From Podarcis bocagei (lineage: Eukaryota), in NCBI GenBank assembly GCA_964188305.1, contig OZ076886.1: a stretch of DNA of 64,000 nt, one strand, 5' to 3'. How positions within the stretch are numbered: the stretch's first letter is position 1; every line of letters begins with the position of its first letter. Positions 51,385-62,643 of this stretch are shown here, piece after piece. The notes beneath the pieces were generated by a model that searched no databases, had not been told where the DNA came from, and saw only the letters and a list, made by a program, of their open reading frames with translations. The position numbers and the translations under genes are program-made.

Positions 51385-52158
51385 TGTCAGGGGCTCAGGG
51401 ACAGAGGCACAGGGGAGAGAGGAAATGGAGAGCGAAGGGGAAGAATCTGAGGGCAGCGTAGGGGAGGATGGCAGTGACCCGAGAGATTCCATGAGCTTCT
51501 CCAGCGAATCAGAAGATTCCCAGAAGGAGGCGCCGATGGTCAGGGCGAGGGGGGTCCCAGGGGGGACACACCAGGAACAAGGGGCCAGCGGGGACTCCCA
51601 AAGCAGCAGCTGGAAATCAGGACCAGCTTCCCCACCAGAACATAGTGGGGGGGAAGAATCCCATGTGTCAGGGCCAGCGTCTCCTCCAGCAGGGAGAGGA
51701 GATGAGTCAGGGCTGGCCACGCCTCTATCGGAGAGTGGAGGAACGAGCAGTGTAACGGTCAGGAGGAAGGTTGCCGGCTGGGCGCGCGTGCCAAGTTCAA
51801 ATGTACAGGCGCGCGGGACAGCAGAAAACCCGGATTGGGAACCAGGTCCCAAAGCCCGCCGGAAGCAGGGGGAAGACTCAGGGGACTCAGCGTCAGAAGA
51901 GTCTAGGAAGGGCGAGACCCCAGCTGACAGGCGGAGCCAGAGGAGGAAAGAGCAAAGGAAGAGGTGGAGCAAGGCTAGAGTCTTAAACTGGTGTCTGGGG
52001 GGAGAAGATTCAGACGGAGCTTCAGCGGTCTAGAGTTTCAGACGTAGAGCTGCACGCAGCGGCTGTGGAAGTGAAAATGAACTTCAATAAAGACTTTTGT
52101 ATATAACAACGGACTGGCGTTGGTCCTTTGTGAGCTGGGACCTCGGGCAGCTCTGACA
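51385..52158 (+). mobile_element. Solo LTR (774 bp), probably Gypsy/Metaviridae-type
   Basis: TGTCAG...CTGACA termini, perfect 5-bp TSD ATAGC at 51380-51384 and 52159-52163, AATAAA at 52086-52091, GC/CpG-rich against AT-rich flanks, no internal gag/pol. Confidence 0.9.
51425..52033 (+). CDS. Hypothetical 202-aa low-complexity protein encoded inside the LTR (acidic Ser-rich N-part, basic C-part)
   Basis: ATG in strong Kozak context (GAAATGG) and uninterrupted frame to TAG. No recognisable domain; coding status unproven. Confidence 0.35.
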   Translation: MESEGEESEGSVGEDGSDPRDSMSFSSESEDSQKEAPMVRARGVPGGTHQEQGASGDSQSSSWKSGPASPPEHSGGEESHVSGPASPPAGRGDESGLATPLSESGGTSSVTVRRKVAGWARVPSSNVQARGTAENPDWEPGPKARRKQGEDSGDSASEESRKGETPADRRSQRRKEQRKRWSKARVLNWCLGGEDSDGASAV

Positions 52159-53430
52159 ATAGCGGTTATTATTTAATAATTTCTATACTTTTTCTAAGTG
52201 GTTTACAACTATAATTTTTAAAAATAAAACTATGCTTATTGTGCTACCATCCTGTTGCAGAACCAGCAGAACTAGCAATTCTAAAAACTGCCTAGTAAGC
52301 ACGGTGAGGGCAGGAGAGGACTTTAATCAAAGAAATACAGTAAAAGTAGCTAAAAATGCTACTAAACTGCATCCCAACAATATTATCTGCACTTGTAGTA
52401 TATCCTGTAGTTAACTTAAATAATAATGTATTATTTATATACAACTTGAATGTTGTCTTAATGTATAAGCTGATAGAAATAATGAGCTTAAACTAAATAT
52501 TGCAGAGCAGTGAGGTTCCTTTGTCAGATACTGGAACTAAACTAAGCTGCATAACAGGAAGTGCTGGAACTGATAGACTAGAACAAATTTATTTCTCCAG
52601 AACGTCTTTCTACTTAGTTTTCTTTTTTGTGTGCATGTTATTTTGTAATGTAATTTTAAAAATGAACATAATAATTTATCATTTTTAATGTCTGACCTTC
52701 AATTTAGATGGAAAGCTGTTAATCATGGATTTAAATTAACATTCATTTTAAATAAATAAATAAATACATCCAAATTCTACATCAAGGGAACATGGCCTCT
52801 TTGTCTGAAACGGATTAAACAAGCTAGAAAAGAACACACATATTGAAGTCCATGCAAGTTATTCTGACCGCAATGCAGGCTTTGGAATTCTTGGCAAGAA
52901 ATGTGGTGGTAGAAGGTGGGCAAGGTGGGAAGTAATGGTGGGCAAGTGACCTGTCATGTATCAAACTCACAAGTTCCATCCTGTCCCTTTTGCTCAAAGG
53001 AAAATCAAATAGAAGGCTAACTTGGACCTTTTAAAGACTTTAGAAATGTTTGTTGTTCTTTTTAAAGAATTATTGTGGGAGATCCATAATGATTTTCTTG
53101 GCAGAGCCACTCACTTCTAAAAGTACGGTACATGCTTCACAATTGTCTATGATATTTCACAGGAACACCTGGAATCTTGCGATTCTTAATTTCTACATCT
53201 ATAAAAGCCCTTGCTGAATATGATGAGAGGGCAAGCCAATATGTTTTCCATGTGGCATTGTAAGCTTTCAAAATCTTCAAAGCACAAAACGGCAACGCTT
53301 TCACAGTCTTTTGTTCTGAAGTTGACATATTTGCTTATCTAAACATAAGGAAGGGCAGTAAGCTGGGAAATATATAAAAAGAACAATGAGATTTATTACT
53401 CATTTTGGAGAGCAGGTGTGTGCAGCCTTA

Positions 53431-53544
<114 letters not shown>

Positions 53545-56500
53545 TTAAGGGATGCAAGAGAACATCTGAGCTAAAGAACAGGCTGTTTTTGCAGGTGCTT
53601 TGGTCTTCATTTCAGAAAATTCCCAAGCACAACTGAAACAGCAAATTTTACATTGATTTTGAAAGCAAGTCTACATTAAAACTTTTGGCTTTTCCTTAAA
53701 AAGGGGAGGAAAACCCTACCCGTAGGACAAACATAATTTAAACAGGTCCTTCAAGTTCTATCTTTGACAAGTTTGGCAAGACTTTGATGATGCATGTATA
53801 TTATGAAAACAACCGTCTTCTTCCTTCTGTCCCCCACCTTTTCTTAAAAAAAAAAAAATCACTGAACAAACAATCCTTGCTAATCACATGCTCCTACTTT
53901 TAAAGATTAATGTTATAAATGTTTTCAAGATCACCCAACTTTGGAAACTTATGACCCACCCTACAATCAATCAATTCCGACAACTGCAAATGCATGCAAC
54001 AGAGTGCACGGATAGCAGTTAAAAAAGAAGCCATGTGGAATTATTTAACATGGCAGTTCAATGGAACTTTAAACACTGCCTGTCGGATAAGTTTTGTGGT
54101 ACAGTGAGTCCCTCCAATACCACCCCTATAAAGCAAGACACAGCACTACAGAGACTGGGGTTTTATTCAAACATGTAAATCTCACAGAGGTAATCAGTAA
54201 CGTATTCAGTAATTGCCAAACTTCAGTGAACGGCAACCTCTTTCCATGAAATTAAGTATTTATATGAGCTTCTAGTATGACTTTGTGACCAATTCCAGTA
54301 ATAGAAAGGATCTAAAGCAAGATGTAAAATCACACTCTCCGCTGCCTGCAAACAGCAGAAGGCAGAGTCTACTTTTGCAGTACGCAGCTGTCAACAGCTG
54401 CTGACAGCAGCAAACAGTACAGCGACATCAGCTAGTCACTGCCACCAAGTGTCTTCTTTCCCTATGCACAACAATGCACAGTCTTTTTAAATGAGTCAAC
54501 TGGGACAGCAGGGCAAGTGGGTGCAGGAATTGCAGCATCAACAGCACTAACCTGTGACAGCCAGACATGGGGCAGTGGGCAAGGTGGGGGGAAAGTAGGG
54601 CCTAGACATGTAGTGGGGATGGAGGGAATTTCAAAATGTCTCAACACATTCCTAGTTATATTTATAAACCATCTTGCTTTCATCACAGAACTTAAGGCAG
54701 AGTACACGTGGTTCCCACATGGTCACCCATCCATGCGCTGGCCAGACCCAGACATGCATAGCTGCAGCACGTCCAGCATATTTTGCTCAGGGGTTCAGCT
54801 TGCTCTTTGCTGGAATCCTGTTTGTTTTTATGAAATGCCTTTTGTGTCACAGATTTTGCAAAATAAGAACTAAACATGTTCCATGGTTACATCTTAAGTA
54901 ACCAGGTTGTCTTTCTGTGCATTTTTTACCCCACTGTCAAGCTGTTGAGATAGCAGTCTGCGAGAGATAAGCATCTTTTATATTTATTAACTATCACTTG
55001 CAACTATAGCTTGCAAGCAACTCCCAGGAAGAATAAAAAGGTGAACATACATAAAATTAGAAGTTGCCTATGTTGGTTAGGGCAAAACAGAAGCCACTGC
55101 ATGTTTCCCCACCCATATTGTGACAGACAGTATTCATCTGAAGGTGATAGCAGAAAAGAGAAAGATTGGGAGGAGAAAAGAATAATTAAATGTGAGCAAG
55201 TTACAAAGGAAGGGTGGTAGAAGAACCAGCTGTCCTATAGCTTTGAAGTATATAAAGATTTAGGAAATTTGTATTAAATGCATATCAGCATCCAGGCCTT
55301 TTCACAATATTTTTGTGTGTGTGTGTGTGCGCGCGTGTGCGTGCGTATAGTTTGTGTATCTAAAATAGTCAACACAAGCACTTTTGATGACCAGTTGTCA
55401 TACTTTCCACATTTCCCCCCAGATGTTCAGAGGAGGGGGAATCTCATTTCCCTTTAAAAATGTGTCTCAAATACCATTCATCTGTAGATCCAGGCAGGGG
55501 GTAACACTCAGTTTTAGTTTATCTCATTACAGCCTGCAGAGTTTTGCTTGTTTTAGCAAACAACAAATTCAGTAAGAAGAAACCTGGATAAATAAATATT
55601 TTAGCTGCTCACAAGAGGCCATTTCCTCAGGAAGTCTGAATGCATCACTTCATTTGGCTGAAAGAGAATATTGTCTTTCCTACATTTTTGGCAATCTAGA
55701 CACCAGGAGGACAGGCGCAGGGTTAAATCTACAGCAACACAACACCACCAAGTGACATAACTTGGCAGTGATTTTGAGACCATACACAACATTTTAAATC
55801 AGTAGAGATAAATATTTAAAACATGATACTGAGAAAAACCACATAAAATAGGACTCTGTGGTTGATTTCTGTTGCAGATCATTCCCCTTACATAGCTTTC
55901 ATCAAATTGACAAAGTAATTACATTCTGTGGTCCTCAAAGTGTGAGATCAACTGTCATATTCCTGTTTAGTGTTATGTACAATCATATGTTTCTCATCAG
56001 TTCTCTTTGCAATGGCCTTCACTTGTTATGTTTACCAAAGCATTAAGACAGTTTGAAAATGTCAACTTTCACCATGCAAATACAAAATTGATGTTTGAGT
56101 ATCAATCAGCTTTAGGTAACAGGCAAAAAACCCCTCTAGTGATTATCAACTGAAGAGTAATGACTCTGACACAGATCAAGTTATAGTGGACCACACTAGC
56201 ATTACTACCACAATTTTTTTTTTTTTTTTTGCTGTTTTCCTTTGATTGAGAGTCACTTCGAAAAGTCTCTAAAGGAAGACATACATGAATATATTAAACA
56301 CAGAGAGAGAGAGAAAGGAAGAAAGACAGAGGGGAAGAAAGAGAGACGGAAGGTGAGAAAAAGGAAGAGTTATTATAAACAATACATGGGTTGCATGTTA
56401 CAGGTTGAGGTTAAAAGGCTGAAGATGACTGCTCTAATTGATACAGAGAACTGCCTTTTGGTAAATAGTTAACCATGTAAATGGAAAGTGTGCATGCAGC

Positions 56501-57889
56501 TGATAAGTGTTTTGTGACAATTAAATGTTTTTAATGCAAGAAATGACATCAACAATGTCTTTACAAAATCCTGAAAAACCTGTTTTCTATGTATTTTTTT
56601 TATTATAAAGGGACAATATTTTCCTACCACCATCCAGGTGTAAGGTAGCGGTTGAGGTTGGCATCTGTCTTTCTCAGGAGACAATGGAGGAGCGTGCCTT
56701 TGGGGTGAAGTCAAACTGTTGGAAGGTTACAGCGCCTGTTACGGCTGTAGGGATGTGATTGTCTAACATAAGCTAATGAAGTAAAAAGATGTCCAGTTTC
56801 TGTATTAGGTGGTTGCGGAATCAAAATAAGCCAGGAAAACCCACCAGATAATTGAATGTTACCTCTGTAAAAAAAAGTTTTGATTTGAGAGTTAATCACT
56901 TCTGCTAAGCAATTGGCAGCCAGGCACTTAATTAAGACTGTGTGGGCAACAAAAGACGGAAGAGAGAGCTACGTAAAGTACTTCTATGTAGGGAAAGAAG
57001 TGTGAAAACTGCATATAGATTGTTGCAATCAATGATCAAGTATGTGCATTCATAGCATTTACTACATGCTGGCTTCCTTGTACATAAACAATGAATGAGC
57101 AAACTGTGCAACTGTCCCAAGCAATATTTCACATTATCCCTCTAAGACAGTGCTTTCCATATAAGTGAAACTGCATAGAGAGCAAAGATACAGCTGGTGT
57201 GACTGTCCTCAAAGTCTGTTCCTAGAACACTCCAGCATAAACTAGTGATAATGTGAATTCACAGAGAAGCTGATAACTTTACTCAGAACAGCCCAAGGTC
57301 ACCAAAGCTGTTCAAACGGTACATTGTTTGCTTTTACTATTGTGTACAATTGGCTACCACGCTTTTCCAAATATCTAAAGAACTAAAGTTAGAAAATAAC
57401 TCTTCTATATTAAAAGACAAATTCAGTTCACGTCGATGCATAGCTTCTCAATTCACTATTGCAAGGGTATGATATGAAAAAAAATTTAACGTCTCACTTG
57501 CAATTATCTTTCTCCCAGTTTTGAAAAAAAGGAATTGAGCAACCAGAACATTCACAGACTTTAAAAACCATCCTTGATGTAAACTCACTCAGGCTGGAAC
57601 CCCAGATTGGGTGAGAAAATGGTTTGTAAGAACATAGGACACAGAAAAGATTTACTGGAAGGATCAGCAACATGGTGCCTTTTGGTGCATATGTACCAAG
57701 AGAAGCCTTCCCTGACATCCACTTACCTGTTGCCCCCATTGAAATTAAACTTGAAGGAAGCCTTTTATTGTGGCCAATAGCGAAGGCTAAGGTGTGTGCT
57801 TGGTTATAGTATAAGTGTGGTGCCCATGACAATTTATCCAGTTTGCAACTGTACCCATGAGCCCTGATTCCTACTTTACTAAGAAAACA

Positions 57890-58063
57890 AAAAAATTCCT
57901 TCCTGTAGCACCTTAAAGACCAACTAAGTTAGTTCTTGGTATAAGCTTTCGTGTGCATGCACACTAAAGCTTATACCAAGAACTAACTTAGTTGGTCTTT
58001 AAGGTGCTACAGGAAGGAATTTTTTTATTTTGACTATGGCAGACCAACACGGCTACCCATCTG
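57890..58063. mobile_element. Penelope-like element terminal fragment in inverted configuration, with partial hammerhead ribozyme
   Basis: Palindrome 57884-58031, terminal tail gactatggcagaccaacacggctac, flanking duplication TTACTAAGAAAACA at 57876-57889 and 58064-58077. Confidence 0.75.
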
Positions 58064-60350
58064 TTACTAAGAAAACATTAAGGATATTTTATGCTTCCTG
58101 AAACAGAAACAGTGCATTTTGGAAATTCTGCTTTGTAATCCTAGTTTGGCAAAGTACCAGTCACTTTTTATTATTAAATTTGTGGACCAGAATATTTTCT
58201 GTTATAATTCTGAAACAAATATTGATTCAGAAAGGACTACTATTAAAACCTACTCTAAAAATTAACAAATGCCGATGTCAATTATTTTTCTAAAAAACCA
58301 AATCTTTATTCACTGAGGCACAGGGATATTTGTTTTAGTGTTTAAAAAGAGCATCTCCAAAATAATAAATTACAGTTTAAAACTACAATTGTAAAACCTT
58401 AATCCTTGGTTTAAACTGACTAACTCTCAATAGGTTTCTGTCCTCTCTTCCAGAGAGTGAAATAATTCTCTCTGCATTCTATGCTCAGACCTAAAGTGTC
58501 AAAATGGCACCACCCAACCACAAGAGGGAGAACTGAGGAAGACCCAGGGTTTATCTAAGTATTTATTTCTCACCTGCCTTTTACCACAAGGTTCTAGTAG
58601 ATATGTAATTTGAAATAATATTTCCCTCTGAAAATTTTATGTTCATCTGCACAGTCATGTTTATACAATTCAATACTTTCTCCCAAAACTTAGTAAGCAA
58701 ATGGCAAGGTCAACAAAAACATGAACACTCCACATTGCAACATTTTCTTGTGTTCCAAAAACAATAGGATAATCTGGTGGAGCTCTATTGACCCTGTATA
58801 CCATTAATAGTTAATTCTTTCTATCTATCAGAGAGCAGAGCCAGAGTAAATCTAGAAACATCCCACACAATTTTAACAGAAGAAAGGCTTGGGAGCCTTT
58901 GGGGAGTACGGTAAAGGGAGGAGATCTTTTGATTTCAGAAAGGGCACATAGCACCTGTCTGTCTTGAAGATGTGAACATGAAGCAGAACAAATGGGATTA
59001 GAAGCTGTTCTTTTGGAATCTTATAAGCAGCTAAAACATATTGCTCCATGAATCTGGATTGCTACTTACAGATCCCTTCATAATTTCCCACTTCAAATTA
59101 GTGTCAAATTAAAAACAAGACCACACTATGTTATTCTGTAAAACAGTGTCACATTGCTAATTTTGTGCATAGTGGATGCTTGTTCACTTGAGCTACAAAG
59201 CCACGTAGTCACATTCTGAAGATGATAATAGCTACAAAAAAGTGTTGATACTGTCAATTCAAAAGGAAATGCTCTCATATAGGAGTACTGAAAAAGTCAC
59301 AGACTTTAATTAACACATTTTCTGTCCCAAAAGCATATTGATATTCACTGTGGCCTCAGCTTTTACAAAATTCAAGGAATCACAACCTGCTATTTTGCCA
59401 ACAGTAAGATCAGTAACACCTAACTCACTGCATACTATGACTTTGTGGTTGTCGCATCTTGCTTTATCAGGCTAAAATGTCACAATAAAGGACAAGCAGG
59501 GCCTTGTGCCTACAGTAAGGGACATAAATTAAATTCTACAACATACTGTTCAATAATAAATAATAAAAACTGCAACAACTCTACATAGATGCAGATCAAT
59601 CCCTTCCACAAAAGAGGCAAATGCATTTATTTTCCTGGCAGGCATATCAAGCCCTGCTTTGGTCTCCACCTCTATGTTTTGTTCATTATAAGGTATATTT
59701 TGATTACACAGGGCAGCAGGAAATTAAATAAAGCAAAACGCCATGCAAATAAAAGGAACAGAAAAGTTAGAAGCCATTTCCTTTCCCAAATTATCTAATT
59801 GCTTTCAACAGAGTGGCTGACTTTACAAGTCAACGCATCTGTACACATATACTGTATTTTTCACTTTAAAACTCAAGTGTTCTATGGCAGTTGGGGGGCT
59901 TATTTCTCTCTTAAATGTTTGGGTCACACCACTTCACTGGAACTGCCCCAAAAAGGCAAATTCCATCAACTGAGACCTCATCTGTTTTAACCATCTCTGC
60001 TGTCACCATGCAGTAGCATCTTGCAACTATCAGATCTATATCAAGCCATAGGGAAGACAGACATGCTGACGATTATTTCAACAACTCTGAAATGTCAAAG
60101 TGATATGGCTGGAATTCAACAGGGCCTTTAAACTAATGGTCATGACAGAAACAAAACAGGGACTGCCCAGAAAGTATGTGACAGTTAAAACTACTTTTCA
60201 TTCCACCAGCACATAAGGAAATCTGTACAGCTCCTGCGACACATATCCAGTACCCCATTATAAAGCCTGCAAGGTATAAATATTAATTAGAGGTAAAGCA
60301 TGCCATTTTAGTGACACAGAAGTATACTGAACATGAATAAAAGAAGTATA

Positions 60351-60560
60351 CAGTGATACCTCGGATTACAGACGCTTCAGGTTACAGACTCTGCTAACCC
60401 AGAAATAGTACCTCGGGTTAAGAACTTTGCTTCAGGATGAGAACAGAAATCGCACTGTGGCAGTGGAAGGCCCCATTAGCTAAAGTGGTACCTCAGGTTA
60501 AGAACAGTTTCACGTTAAGAATGCCAGAACGAATTAAGTTCTTAACCCGAGGTACCACTG
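60351..60560 (-). mobile_element. Tc1/mariner MITE (family A, reverse orientation, internally shortened)
   Basis: cagtgatacctcgg / cccgaggtaccactg TIRs, TA flanks, reverse complement of the 42714 copy. Confidence 0.88.
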
Positions 60561-61350
60561 TACTGAACATGAATAAAAGATATATACGTTTTCTAAACCA
60601 TGCAGAGTCCAATAGGAGGTCATGTGAAGATAAAGAAATGTACCTATTGGCACTCTGTAACAGTGTTTAAATGACTGCTTCTCCAGCAAAAGCAAAGGAG
60701 TGTGGCAAAACATTTTTGCTAATACTCCATTCTCCCCTTGTCACAAAATGTCAAGCTTTGCTATATTCTCACCTCCCCAATGTGTGACTTAATTAATGAC
60801 CTCACAGATGCTCAATAAGATAGAAGGCTACAGATCACAGTTATGCCATGTTTAGATCTATTTGTGGCATTAATATAAACTGTGATGAAAGGATTAATGT
60901 CTCAATTAGGATAACTTACAGATTAAATTAATGTGTGCTGGGGCAGAGGGAAACAGTTTTCTATTAACCAGACAAAGATCCACAACATTTTACCAAATAA
61001 GGAGCATTCTGGAGGGAGGGAGGGAGGGAGGAAGGACAGGGAGAACACAGAGGTTACTCTTGTACCGAGTTCAGATGCTGTTTCTGTTTTTCTGTGACTT
61101 TAAACTCAAATGGTAAATCTGAGTTCCTGGGAAGAGATGGGATTCTATTCAGTGTTAGTTATACTCAAAGCATACCTATTTAAATTCATTTACATACACA
61201 GTTCCATTAATTTCAATAGGTCTAACTGGATACAAGCCATGATTTCCTCCAGTAAGTATTTGTATTGAAATATTGGGTGGATAACTATTGGAAGTCTGCA
61301 CCATCACTCTGATGAGCTAGACTGTTCCCTACTCTGCATAATTTTAAGGC

Positions 61351-61403
61351 AGATGATAGATAGATAGATATAGATAGATAGATAGATATAGATAGATGAT
61401 AGA
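61351..61403. repeat. Imperfect (GATA)n microsatellite
   Basis: Direct reading. Confidence 0.9.
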
Positions 61404-61501
61404 CAGACATATGAAATGCAGCTTAATCTAATCAACACAAGAGATTATAAAATGTGCTGCCCCTTCAATACTGGGGGTCCTGCCCTCATTCTTCTTCCTG
61501 A

Positions 61502-61835
61502 AATAATAATAATAATAATAATAATCCTTTGTTACTACACCACCTGTGTGCAGTGAAATTAAACGAGCCCTCCCCCCATACACTCAGTCTTGTTCGCACT
61601 CTGTGTTCTTGTCGGAAGTCAATTGCACCACTATTTTTTTCCAACAGCCCACGAATAAAAACTGTTCTTTAACCTGTTGGTGTGGCTGAGTATACTTCTG
61701 TATCTCCTGCCTGGATGTAAGAGATTAAAGAGGTGCTGGCCAGGGTGTGAATTGTCCCTAAGAATTTTCTTCGCTCTCCTGAGGCAGCAGTCTCCTGCGA
61801 TGTCATCTAGCGAACTCTGGGGACAACCCATGATA
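61502..61835 (-). mobile_element. 5'-truncated Rex1/Babar-clade LINE 3' end
   Basis: ORF ...LRRAKKILRDNSHPGQHLFNLLHPGRRYRSILSHTNRLKNSFY matches the Rex1 ORF2 C-terminal motif (D.SHP...F.LLPSGRR.RS....T.R..NSF); (TTA)n tail. Confidence 0.8.
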
Positions 61836-61986
61836 TCATGAAGCATGATACCATGAAGCAACAGTCAGTCATGCTAATTACTTCTGTGAGTGCCTTTCAG
61901 CACCATGGCATTTTTTGCTGCAGTTGAACCGCTGGGTAAAAGTGGCTCACAGAAAATGGCAGTCTCTACATACAAACTTTAAAGTA

Positions 61987-62073
61987 CCATATTTTTCTGT
62001 GTATAAGACTAGGCTCCCCCCCTAAAAAATAATGTCAAAAATTAGGGGGTGTCTTATAAACGGAAAAATACGG
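61987..62073. mobile_element. 87-bp Tc2/pogo-type MITE
   Basis: TIRs ccatatttttctgtgtataagac / gtcttataaacggaaaaatacgg, TA on both sides. Confidence 0.8.
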
Positions 62074-62359
62074 TAGTTCATGATACAAGTCCTATCTTCG
62101 CTTTAAAGAGGATCAACAGAAAATTCTAATTAGTTCTAAATCTCCACAAGGGAAACGTGTAATGTGGGGATGCATGCCTCTCCTAATGCTATTGTGAAAC
62201 ACACTTAGACAAAATACTTTGCCTTGTTTGTGAAAACTTATTTAAATAAGGGTAAAAACAGAGGGTGGGAAGGTGTGTCGGGTGATTCCAAGCAAATTGC
62301 TTATTGACCTCCTGCTATAAGTTGTAAGAGGAATGACTCTCTACACATCAGCTGACTAA

Positions 62360-62517
62360 TATTTTAATGTTCCATTATTTTAATGTTGTATTTTATTTTT
62401 GGTTTTTAAGTTGTAATCACTCATCTTGTTTTTATTATTGCTTGTAAGCCGCTCTGAGCCCGGCCTTGGCTGGGGAGGGCGGGGTATAAATAAAAATTTA
62501 TTATTATTATTATTATT
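62360..62517 (+). mobile_element. L2 LINE 3' tip
   Basis: gtaagccgctctgagcccggccttggctggggagggcggggtataaataa plus simple-repeat tail; same 3' end as the adjacent minus-strand L2. Confidence 0.8.
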
Positions 62518-62643
62518 TCTAAACTATCAGGGAGAAAGTGGGTTTGGGGCATTTACATCTTGGTATCTCCTGTTCACACTAGTGGATGAAACCTAGTCAT
62601 GTAGGTTGGCAAGAGAGAATTCATCCCCTCTTCTTTTTTCTTT

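Noticed and set aside
57930-57985. Active hammerhead ribozyme
   Set aside because: The CUGANGA catalytic box is absent on both strands; only stem II and GAAA remain.
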